Source of the DNA: a cyanobacterium endosymbiont of Rhopalodia gibba
GTDB lineage: Bacteria > Cyanobacteriota > Cyanobacteriia > Cyanobacteriales > Microcystaceae
Direction of reading: 5' to 3'
DNA: 64,000 nucleotides
Assembly: GCA_045159875.1 (NCBI GenBank)
Contig: CP067995.1
Coordinates: 448,001 to 512,000 of the forward strand
The notes beneath the pieces were generated by a model. It saw nothing but the letters and a program-made list of their open reading frames with translations. It was not told the origin of the DNA and did not search any database. Positions within the stretch are counted from its first letter, which is position 1, and each line of letters opens with the position of its first letter. Both the position numbers and the translations under genes were made by a program. Positions 47,270 through 57,947 of the stretch are shown here, piece after piece.

Positions 47270-48241
47270 TTAATCAACTAGCTCTTTAGATTCTAACCAA
47301 TCTTGATTGTACAAACGGGATTGATATCTGGCTCCTCCATCACACAACACTGTTACAATAGTATGTCCAGGTCCCATCTCTTTGGCTAAAGCGATAGCCG
47401 CACCTACATTAATGCCAACCGACCCCCCCATGAATAAACCATCTTGGTACAATAATTGATGGACGACTCGAAGAGCTTCACGATCATTAATTTGGATGGC
47501 ATCATCGATGGGAACTCCCTCCATATTGGCGGTTATGCGACTATTACCAATTCCTTCGGTAATGGAATTTCCTTCAGGTTTAATTTCCCCAGTCTTTACA
47601 TAATTATAGAGTCCGCTGCCCATAGGATCGGCAACAATACATTTAATGTTAGGATTCTGCTCTTTAAAAAATAAGGCAGACCCTGCATAGGTTCCCCCAG
47701 TTCCGGTAGCAGATACCCAAGCATCTATTTTTCCATCGGTTTGCGCCCAAATTTCAGGACCTGTTGTTTCGTAATGAGCTAAGCGATTTGCTATATTGTC
47801 GAATTGATTCGCCCAGATAGCATTGTTCAGTTCTTGAGCTAGTCTTCCCGAAACCTTAATATAATTGTCGGGATCACGGTAAGGAACTGCAGGGACAGTT
47901 TTAACTTCAGCCCCCAAGATTCTGAGAAGATCAATCTTTTCCTGGGATTGAGTTTCAGGAATCACAATTAAACATTTATACCCTTTCGCATTGCAAATAT
48001 GGGCTAACCCTATCCCTGTATTCCCGGCTGTTCCTTCAACTACCGTCCCCCCAGGTTTAAGCAAGCCTTCTTCTTCTGCGCCTTTAATAATATATGAGGC
48101 GGCTCTATCTTTAACGGAACCCCCTGGATTGAGAAATTCGGCTTTCCCTAAAATCTCGCATCCAGTTTCTTGGCTGAAACTCTTTAACCGAATTAATGGT
48201 GTATTGCCAACTGTCCCAACGAAGCCGTCTTTGATATCCAT
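47270..48241 (-). CDS. cysK: Cysteine synthase A
   Basis: GNTPL, KAEFLNPGGSVKDR, GTAGNTG, GTGGT, EGIG. Confidence 0.95.
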   Translation of the reverse strand: MDIKDGFVGTVGNTPLIRLKSFSQETGCEILGKAEFLNPGGSVKDRAASYIIKGAEEEGLLKPGGTVVEGTAGNTGIGLAHICNAKGYKCLIVIPETQSQEKIDLLRILGAEVKTVPAVPYRDPDNYIKVSGRLAQELNNAIWANQFDNIANRLAHYETTGPEIWAQTDGKIDAWVSATGTGGTYAGSALFFKEQNPNIKCIVADPMGSGLYNYVKTGEIKPEGNSITEGIGNSRITANMEGVPIDDAIQINDREALRVVHQLLYQDGLFMGGSVGINVGAAIALAKEMGPGHTIVTVLCDGGARYQSRLYNQDWLESKELVD

Positions 48242-49118
48242 AATCCTCTATTTTGTCAAATGACAACAGATAGCGATTTCTTTTAGTTGATTTAATCGTT
48301 ATTCTCTTTTGTCTGATCGTCAACACTATCTCTGATAGTATCAGGAAATCAGTAAATAAATCGTAAGTTTTACAGAAGTTTTTGATTTTTTGTGTTACGT
48401 TAACTCAGTTACTGATTTAAGTAGAAAACAGCTACGGAAGGCAACGAATGAAGTTTAGTATGAGTTCAAAATTGTATCCAAACTCTGATAATATACGACC
48501 TCATAACTTTAAAAATGATCTTCTCAAAAAAGAATATTTTTCATTCAAGATACTCGCCAATTTTTTAGAATACTAGGAAACTTTAACTATATCTGTAAGG
48601 TACAGATGAGATTGCATATTCATAGAAAATAAATATTGGTTAATCCTAAGTGTTTTGCTTTGCTTTACGTCTCTATTATTACTAATTAAACTTTAATATT
48701 ACTTATAGCTCATAATTTTTTAATTCACTATTACTATGAAATTTATTAATAATCTAATTACAATAAATATAAGCTTTTGTTGTATATATATATTTATTGA
48801 TAAATAAAAATACTTCTATCTAGTCAAGATTTTTATAATCTGTAATGTAGATTAATTTTAAACTTAAAATATTATTGGTTTAACTACATCGAACATTTGA
48901 GCCCATCAGTACAAATCCAGTTCAAACTCTTGGTTTAGCATACATGGTTTAATTTAGATACAAGATCTGTTATAATACTATATGTGTAGTAATTGTGTTT
49001 TTTTATAAATTTATTGTTATTGTTCGAGATCAAACTCTGTCTTTAGATCTTTGACTATTAGATTACAGGTTTGGTATAAATAACTTTCTTAAAGTTCTAT
49101 CTCAAGATAAAAACTTAA

Positions 49119-50684
49119 ATGTCCATAATTGATCAACTAAAACTACTAGATACTATTGTTGTTACGGCAGAACAAATGAGGGAAATTGAAGCCCGAATTT
49201 TTAAGAACGGAATGCCTGTAGCAGCCTTGATGGAAAAAGTAGCAATTTTATTAGCTCGTCGAATACAAGAACTTTATCCCCTGTTTCAAACCTTACAAAT
49301 AGGAGTTTTAGTTGGACCTGGACATAATGGTGGAGATGCTTTAGTTATAGCTAGAGAATTGTATTTACAAGGTTATGATATTTGTTTATATCGGCCCTTT
49401 TCTAAGTTAAAAAAATTAACTTTACAACATGCAAATTATGCTCAGAGTTTAGGAATTCCCTCTTATCGAGATATTGAATATCTAGAAAAATGTGAGTTGA
49501 TTATTGATGGCTTGTTTGGGTTTGGTTTAACACGATCACTCTCAGAAAATGTTGCTGAGGCTGTAGATATTCTTAACCAAAGTCCTATTCCCATCATTAG
49601 TATTGATATTCCCTCTGGCTTACATACAGATACAGGAGAAGTCTTAGGAACAGCTATCAAAGCCACCTATAGTTTTTGTTTAGGACTGTGGAAACCAATT
49701 TATTTTCAAGATCAAGCCCTAGACTATATTGGCAAAGCAGAACGGATTGATTTTGGTATTCCTCCTGAAGATATTTGGGCGATTATACCCAAACCTGCCC
49801 CGATAAAACAGCTGACTTTAACCCTAGCACGACAATTTTTACCCTTGTGTCGTCCCTTATTAACCCATAAATACAAACAGGGGCATTTGTTGCTTATTTG
49901 TGGTTCTCGTCGCTATGCCGGGGGTAGTATCTTAACAGGGTTAGGTGCACGTAGTAGTGGTGTGGGAATGCTATCTATTGCCATTCCTGAGTCCCTAAAA
50001 CCTTTGTTAGTCAGTCAGTTACCCGATGCGTTAATTATTGAATGTCCCGAAACCGAAACCGGGACGATCGCCCAATTACCCCCCCTAGCAACAGCTTTTG
50101 AGAACTATGATGTCATTGCCTGTGGACCGGGGTTAACCTTGGAGGCAACATCGGTAGTCGAACAAGTGTTGACAGCACCGTGTCCTCTAGTTTTGGATGC
50201 GGATGGGTTAAATATCCTAGCTAAATTAGGAACTATTGACACTTTATCAAAGAAAAACAGCCTAACGGTTTTAACCCCTCATCTAGGGGAATTTAAACGA
50301 CTATTTCCTTGTATTGAGCATCCTGGCGGAGATAGAATAGCGGCTGTTCAAGCTGCGGCTAAAGCAAGTGGTACGATAGTTTTATTTAAAGGAGCTAAAA
50401 CAGTAATCGCTGACCCTAATGGTCATGTCTGGTTAATTCCTGAGAGCACCCCCGCTTTAGCACGAGGAGGCAGTGGAGACATTTTAACTGGGTTGATTGG
50501 CGGGTTATTAGGGCAAACTACTTCTAGTCTTCACCAAAAAGAGATAGACAGAGGAGGAATAGTGGCGACGGCCGCTTTGTGGCACGCTCAAGCGGCCATC
50601 TTGGCCGCAAAAGAACGAACTGAATTAGGGGTAGATGCTGTTACCCTGTCCAATTATCTTCACCAAGTGAATTGGAATAATTAA
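49119..50684 (+). CDS. nnr: Bifunctional NAD(P)H-hydrate epimerase/dehydratase
   Basis: GPGHNGGD, IDGLFGFG, DIPSG, HKY..G, VLDADGL, TPHLGEF, GGSGD. Confidence 0.95.
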   Translation: MSIIDQLKLLDTIVVTAEQMREIEARIFKNGMPVAALMEKVAILLARRIQELYPLFQTLQIGVLVGPGHNGGDALVIARELYLQGYDICLYRPFSKLKKLTLQHANYAQSLGIPSYRDIEYLEKCELIIDGLFGFGLTRSLSENVAEAVDILNQSPIPIISIDIPSGLHTDTGEVLGTAIKATYSFCLGLWKPIYFQDQALDYIGKAERIDFGIPPEDIWAIIPKPAPIKQLTLTLARQFLPLCRPLLTHKYKQGHLLLICGSRRYAGGSILTGLGARSSGVGMLSIAIPESLKPLLVSQLPDALIIECPETETGTIAQLPPLATAFENYDVIACGPGLTLEATSVVEQVLTAPCPLVLDADGLNILAKLGTIDTLSKKNSLTVLTPHLGEFKRLFPCIEHPGGDRIAAVQAAAKASGTIVLFKGAKTVIADPNGHVWLIPESTPALARGGSGDILTGLIGGLLGQTTSSLHQKEIDRGGIVATAALWHAQAAILAAKERTELGVDAVTLSNYLHQVNWNN

Positions 50685-50775
50685 GAAGAAAGAAAACTCT
50701 AGAAAGAAGACTCTATTAATATAATTGAAGAAATCGTTAACGCGGTTAGCCACTAGTGGTGTGAGAAGAAAAGTC

Positions 50776-52700
50776 ATGATGACAGATCTCTCCCATTCAG
50801 GCACAACACGGGAACCTCAGTTAAATTATCCGCATCACCGCGTTTCGATGTAGGGGGGTAATTGTCTTACTAGGACTAAGAAGTACAAGTTTAATCTCTG
50901 GATGGGTTTTCTTGCAACGGGACCTAACTCCTTGGGGAGAAACTGAACTCAGTAATTTTTTAAATCGTCTAGTTCATTTAGGAACCCTTAAGTATTTTTC
51001 ATTAGGTCAAGTGCGTTTTGGCAAAAGTCAGATTGCTAAAACTACTACTGATCCTACTCAAGTTACTATGGCTGCTTTGGATGTAGCCTACAATCCTCTC
51101 ACATTGATTTTAAAACGAGAATTAGAAATTACGATAACAGCTATTCAACCAGATATCTATTTCGAAGAAGGGGAACGGGGAGATTGGTTACTAACAAAAT
51201 TCAATAGTGTTACAGGGAATAATTCAATTAAACTAAAATGTTTACAGATTAAAGATGCTAACGTTATTTTATTACCCTATTGAGCTAGAGGTAAAATTAC
51301 TGTTGCCACTAACTAAATTTGAACGCTTATCAAGTACAATCAACATTGTTAGTGGTCTTGATATAATCACCTTTAAAACTAATAGTTATTTAGCAAAAGG
51401 AGGGACGTTAAAAGTTGTTGACAGCAGACAAGGATCAAGATCAACCGGAGAAACTAATTTATTAGTCCGGGGACATCGCTTAGATATCAAAGGATTTAAA
51501 CATTTGATTGCTCTTCCTCTAACCTTCAATCAAGGAAGAATTGACACTAATTTAGAAGTTAGCATTAAACCGAATCAACTTCCTCAATTGAAAGAAATCG
51601 TTAATTTACATCAAGTTAATACTTCCATTACTTCTCTTTCTCATCCTTTGCAAACTCAGGGAAAACTTCGGTTACAAGACACTTAAATTATATTTAACCA
51701 AGTGACCACTCACTTTGGTTCCATTATTGGAATGATCCAAGGGAAACTTGGTTTAAAGACAGGATATAATTTAAGAGCTAAAATTCAAGCTACCTCTATT
51801 AGTCAAATTTTTACAACTTTTAAAAAACAAAACCCTACTATTTCCCTTTCAGAAGCTCTTCAAGGAGTATTGCAAATAAAAGGAAAATTAGACAATCCTC
51901 AAGTTCATTTAACTGTATCCAACACTAAATTAAGTAAAATTGATAAAGTTTAGTTATAAAAAATTTATGCTCAATTTTTTATAACTAAATCTGCTTTACT
52001 GATTAAACAATTTAAAACGGTTCCAACTTTTAGTGGAGTAATAACAGGGAAAGGAAAAATCGATATAGTTGCAATAAATTCGGCTAAACTTGGTAAATTT
52101 ATTTTTGACATACAAAGTTTCAATCTTTCTGGTGAAACCATGGCTAAAATTTATAGATGAGAAAAAAGTAGTTTTAAGATTGTAAATAGAACAGTTAAAG
52201 CAGATTTTTTAAACTTTTATCAAGACAATTAACAAGAAATAATAGAGACATTAAATATTGATTTAGATAGTTTTATTTTACCTGTTACTAAAGAGTAAAA
52301 TGATGGCATATTACAGTTTTTTAAAATAAACTTATAAAATGTTATTAAGCCACAATTTAAAATACTAAAAGTCGTAAAAAATGCGTAACCTATTCTAAAC
52401 AATGTAAGTATAATGGCAAATAATTTACAAATCTAGAATGGAAAATGGCATACAAATTTAGTTGTTATAGATGTAAAAAAAAAAGACTTTTTATTGAAAA
52501 TTATCCCTAGTTTAGACGGGATATTGAAGGGGACTTTCAACTTGACTGGGGATTTAGCATTGGGGTTAAATAACATTCAGGAGAAGGGAAACGCAACTTT
52601 AAAACTATCCAAGGTAAAATTAATGTCAATAACTTAAAATTAAATAATTGAGTATATTTTCACTTCCATAGTACTCAAGACAAATTTTTTACTATTACTG
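50776..52700 (+). pseudogene. TamB/AsmA-like (DUF748-type) translocation and assembly module protein pseudogene
   Basis: Successive broken ORFs (50912, 51255, 51702) with L...LNRLVHLG, VAYNPL.LI and beta-rich repeats; decays into AT-rich DNA. Confidence 0.7.
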
Positions 52701-54441
52701 GCTCCTTAAAAGCAAAAAAAAATTAGAAATTAATGAATATTGAAATAATTTTTAGCAAAAAATATTTGTCAGTATAATGAAGTCTTAGTTATTCAGGTAG
52801 TTGGTTGCTATTACAGTATTTTTTATATAAAAAATCTTTATTTTTAGCGAAAATATATTAAAAATATCTAATTTTAGTTAGATAAATAGAAAAAAATAAT
52901 TAACATTATGAAATATGGTATTTCGTTCTGAAAAGTAAAAAAGGTATTTAACGACCTTAACCTACTAACTTACATAAAATATCGTTTTAATTATAAAGAG
53001 ACAAGATAACTATCAACAGTTCCCCTGTTGCTGTCTAAACAGCCTAATTATTGTGATTTTGGTAGTTTATACAGACATAAATGGAGTACCCAGAATAATC
53101 TTTGTACAATAAACAAGCAAGAAAGAAAGGAAGATATTTTTTGAAAATGTAAAGTTTATAAAATAAAACCTAGCTATAAAGCCGTATAAATACAATTATA
53201 TACTGATATCCTAAAATAATTTCGCAACACAGCCGAAAACTATCCTAAGATTAAACGAACTTAAAATTCAAGGCTAGCAGTTATGTATTGTTAATACATA
53301 ACAAATATGAATTGTCTAGAATAGATAAGGCTCTAATTATATATTAGACTTACTAAAAATTTATCAATAATGTCAATAAAGACTAAATGTATTGAGTATT
53401 GATCAATAAAACTCTATTTAACTTAGGATAATAAAAATAAATAAAACTCTAGTATAGCCTGACTTAGCAATGATTTAATAGCAAGTCAACTTTTTTCAAA
53501 TAAGGACTTTAAAATGTTAAAACTAATACTCTATAATAGATCTTGCAAATTAATAAATAATTTTAGTTGTTATTAGGCTACTATTAATTATAACTAAAAA
53601 TTACCAAGCAAGTAAGGCAATGTCGCTTTATATTCTGTAGACTAATTGTATTAATTTTACCTAATTAATTTAGCGAACAGTAGTAATGTTCAATAAAAAA
53701 AACAGGTTTTTTTTTAATAAAAAACTTTTATTTACTCCGTTTATGTCTTCATTATCTCAGCAAAATAAGATATAAAATCGTGCGATATTGTTTTTGATGC
53801 TTTTTTTGAAAAAAAACTTCTTCCAACTCTTTTGAATAAATAATTTCCCTGTTTTTCTCGATCTCTAAGATTGCAATCGACTGGTACTCTCCTTATTTAA
53901 TTGAGACTTGTCAATCTTTAGCTGTTCTTATTATAAAATAATATTTATAGTGATTAGATAAATTTTTAAATATTTTGAATTAACAATTACAATATTCAGA
54001 CTAAAATTTAGTGATAAAGATGAGTATAAAAATCTCAATTGTACTTAGTAATTGATTTATTTTTAATGACTTTAATAGTTATTTTTTATTCTAAAAATAT
54101 TTTTTGTACTTATAAGTTTTTTTTTATTTTTAGCGATGGCTTTATGTTTTGAGATTTGTTATATTTAAACTCATCTCTCAATACGTAACTACTAAAAACT
54201 ATCCAAGCTTAATTAATTATGTATTGTGAACCTATATAGCCAACTAAGTCAATAGGGGAAAAGCTTCTCAAAAGTCGTCGACGTAACAAAATTACATCAC
54301 ATAAAGCATCGTTGAGGATAACAATTAGCCAGAATTGCTTTATGTAGAGGGGCGATCTATCTCTAAATAAAATGAATTAATGGAAAAAGATATGAGAGAG
54401 TACTGAATATATTCTTTTTTTTGCTCTTTATTTTAGTCTAG

Positions 54442-55092
54442 TTGATGAACAAATCAGATTCGAATATAATTTTACGATTACTGCCCTTTTTCGCGGGAGG
54501 ACTTGGCAGTATTCTCTTATTAATTAACCGTTTTACTACATTAACCCTAACGGAATCTCAGTCTCGTTCCGATGTTGTAGGAGTTATGCTCAATGGGGTC
54601 TTGATTTTAGTAGGGTTAATCTGGCACCAAGTTCAACCACGATCACCTGATGCTGTTACCCTGCTTGGAGAACAAGGTTTCGAATTTGCCCCCAATTTAC
54701 CAGAAGAAATCAAAAAAGAACTTGCTTGGGCCTCCTATTTAGTATTAACTAATACCGTTACCAAGTCTTTGGTGGTTTACTATCAGGGAGTGGTGGTGTT
54801 GAGACGAGGGATTTTAGGTATTAACTCTCAAGTGATTCCGGGCAAGATTTTAGAAAGAGTTTTGGCAAGTAAAAAGCCAGTTTATCTGGTAAATTTGCCT
54901 CTTTATCCAGGACGCGTCGAGTTTGATTATCTTCCTGAGAATACTCAGGGAGTGATATGTCAACCTTTGGGAAACCAAGGGGTTTTGATTTTGGGGGCAA
55001 ATGTACCCCGAAGTTATACTAAACAAGACGAAAATTGGATTCAAGGAATCGCTGATAAATTAGCAGATACATTACAAACCTACTTGCAATAG
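54442..55092 (+). CDS. Cofactor assembly of complex C (heme ci) protein, CCB2/CCB4 family
   Basis: QSRSDV.G, ELAWAS..LTNT, LYPGRVEFDYLPENTQ, RSYTKQDENW. Confidence 0.85.
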   Translation: MMNKSDSNIILRLLPFFAGGLGSILLLINRFTTLTLTESQSRSDVVGVMLNGVLILVGLIWHQVQPRSPDAVTLLGEQGFEFAPNLPEEIKKELAWASYLVLTNTVTKSLVVYYQGVVVLRRGILGINSQVIPGKILERVLASKKPVYLVNLPLYPGRVEFDYLPENTQGVICQPLGNQGVLILGANVPRSYTKQDENWIQGIADKLADTLQTYLQ

Positions 55093-55172
55093 GTCTATAT
55101 TTTTATCAGCCATTTTGGCTAGGGAACAGTAAAGACAACTCAACCTCTATTTACCTTCTGAGAAAACATCCG

Positions 55173-55793
55173 ATGGACCTATCTCTTGACCCCTTATCCC
55201 AAGTCCGAACTCTATCAGATTTAAGAGGTTCGATGACTCATTCCTATCATCAAGAAAGTCATTGGCAACCTCAAGTATTGCCGGAAACATCATTTTATTA
55301 TTTTGCCTATGGGTCTTGTATGTGTCCTGTAGACTTAAAACGAACTTTTGGCGAAAACACCTATCAATATGTGGTGGGAACCGCTATCTTGAAAGGATAC
55401 CGATTAGGGTTCTATCGTCGTTCCCTACGGCGTAATTGTGGGGCATTGGATGTAGTTCGTGATCTCAATTCTCGTGTAGAAGGAGTTTTATATCATCTTC
55501 CTTGGCGGTTTAGCGCTCGCCTTGATGCTCGAGAAGAGGTTCCCCGCAATGGATATCGTCACGAATATGTTAATGTTCACAGTGAAGGAAAACTCTATAA
55601 AAATGTGCGAACTTATGTTGTTATTGACAAACTACCTCAAGAATTAGCCCCCAATGATTGGTACTTAAATGTAGTATTGCGAGGCGCGGTCACTTGTGGG
55701 TTATCAGAGGAATATTGTTGGTGGTTATTTAACCATATGCACCAACTCCAATTACAACAAAGTCAAGAAGTTATTCTTGCGAATTGTTCGTGA
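55173..55793 (+). CDS. Gamma-glutamylcyclotransferase family protein
   Basis: YYFAYGSCM, VEGVLY.L, LDAREE, Y...VLRGA. Confidence 0.88.
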   Translation: MDLSLDPLSQVRTLSDLRGSMTHSYHQESHWQPQVLPETSFYYFAYGSCMCPVDLKRTFGENTYQYVVGTAILKGYRLGFYRRSLRRNCGALDVVRDLNSRVEGVLYHLPWRFSARLDAREEVPRNGYRHEYVNVHSEGKLYKNVRTYVVIDKLPQELAPNDWYLNVVLRGAVTCGLSEEYCWWLFNHMHQLQLQQSQEVILANCS

Positions 55794-55940
55794 GTAAAAA
55801 ACTATCTCTCACAGTTATCTTAGTGATCGGATCATTTAATGACATAGGCAAGGCGATCACCCATTGTTTAGCGACTGGTAGCTATCGTTTAGCTATTTGC
55901 GCCTGTAGTTAGGAAAAGTTACGGCAATTAATTAGCTGAA
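55791..55940 (+). pseudogene. SDR oxidoreductase N-terminal fragment
   Basis: VILVIGSFNDIGKAITHCLATGSYRLAICACS*EKLRQL is a decayed TGxxxGIG Rossmann start. Confidence 0.6.
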
Positions 55941-56399
55941 GAATTATAAAGTTTGGGAATGGATGTTAATCTATTGGCTTTGTGTATTTGCACTTGTGAA
56001 GTGGTTGTCGATATGGAGAATAAAAGTTATTGTTAATATTGATTTAATGAGTAATCATTGGTTTCTTTTGAGAGGTAGGGTTTATGCAGTGAGCAAATGT
56101 ACGTTTTTCACTTTAATAGAATGGTTTACGACAGGAATTAAAATAAGCGGAAAGTCAATTATTTTTTAGTGAAATAAATTGGTTGATTAGTTTTCTAATT
56201 ATATTTTCAAATATATACTTTTTAAATTGTTGTAGTGCTGAGTTGAGGATACTTTTCATTTCAATATTTTTACAAAATTGAAGCTTTTTTCCTAGAAATA
56301 TCATACTAAAGCGAATTATAAAAACCCACTTAATAATTAATAAGAGAGCAACAATCTAGATAAAACGGTGTCTATAAAATCTTATTTAGCTCCGTATCT

Positions 56400-57200
56400 T
56401 CATTCATTTTAACTAGAAAGGAAGTACCTAAAAATTAAAAATTATGTAGGAGCAAGAAGATGATATTTACTCTGGAAAGTATCTCATGGATAAACCATTA
56501 AAAATAGTGAGCTCTCTGTAGGAACAGAGCTAATCTAATGATTAGAATAATTTTAGAAAACATAATAAATCAAGAAAAGAAGAAGTCAAAAATATCAATA
56601 ATAAGGATTAAAAACAAAGAGTAAAAAAAATTATTAACCAATAGAATACTTAAATAATTATCCAGCCGACTTAAATTAAAATTAGAAAGTTGAGGAATAT
56701 ATGCATTCAAAAGAGCTTCTTAGATAAAAAAATATTAAAAATTAATCTTGAAAAGTTCAAACTCAAAAAAAATATCCAGAAGCTGAAATAAATACATATT
56801 TTTTTAATGAACTTAGAGTAGAATCGAAGTCAATTAATAGATTTATCAAACGGATAACAAGAAATCCTTTATGGAATTAAATTATAAGAGTGAATAGAAA
56901 ATGGCTGAATTTAGTTGATGAACATTTGGACAAAGATGTAGGTTTATCTGAAAAAATTTTTTTTAAAATCATAAGAGATAATAGCGGATGGTATCTTAGA
57001 AACAAGAGAAAAATTTCTGCAGCAATCATTTAGAGAATATTTTCCAGCCTACTCTCCAGGATTAGGGTCAACAAAAAGATTATGGACGTTAGTATTTTAA
57101 ATCTTGATTTAATTAGTATTTTGCAGTTATTGATGAGATTGAATAATTTCTTGCTGAATTATTATTCAAAATAAAAGCTCAGACATTTAATTTATCATTG
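56400..57200 (+). mobile_element. IS630-family transposase remnant
   Basis: ARR*YLLWKVS, FFNELRV, WLNLV, NSGW and FPAYSPGLGSTKRLW (IS630 LP.YSPELNP.E.LW). Confidence 0.7.
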
Positions 57201-57947
57201 TAATTGTAACTGGCTAAATTTTCTGTAATTTTTTAGAAGGGTATAACAACCAGATTTAGTATTACCTGTAGTTACGGCGATCATTTTAGCTTTTTGTTGA
57301 AAATTAGGGAATAAATCTCTAACGAATAATCTTGCTCAGGTGATCACAGTTTGTATTTTTTTATTAATTTACTATCTCAAGTCATTATTTTTCTACAGTT
57401 GATCATCGTAGGACTGGCTTAACTGTGATTTAAGCATTTCAAAAACAGATTGTCTTCTGTGAGAAATCTAAATGTTTTCCAACTGTCTTCTTTCGTTTCC
57501 TTTTTAACAACTATTCTGTAGGAAACCTTGAGTATACCTAACTTTTTAGAGTTATAACACATTAAAGAGTTCTTTATTCCTTTAAGTTAGGTTTTCCTTG
57601 AAGTAGAAAGTTTTTTTAGGGGAATTAGGAATTATCCATTTTTTAGAATTTGATAGGGTTAATCAGTTTCATTAGCTAACTTGGTTTTATCATACTTATT
57701 CCAAGCGATTTAAACGTAAAATAGTTTATACATATCAAAGATAGTATAGTCCTTCATTTCTATTCTTAGATAGACCTAAAACTTAAACAGTCTTTACAAA
57801 ATTAGTTAGGATTAAAGTCTTAAAAGGTCGCTTTTTGTTCATTAGGAGAGTTAAGTAGGGTTAATTCTCCTGATCTGGGAAAATCATGATATTATGTCCT
57901 TAAAAAGTTTTCCTAGGAATTTAATAAAATAGTTAAATCCTATTGTT

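Noticed and set aside
53640..53920. Possible fourth ISL3 relic (IAILE...EEVF on the minus strand)
   Set aside because: A single weak motif, insufficient to call.
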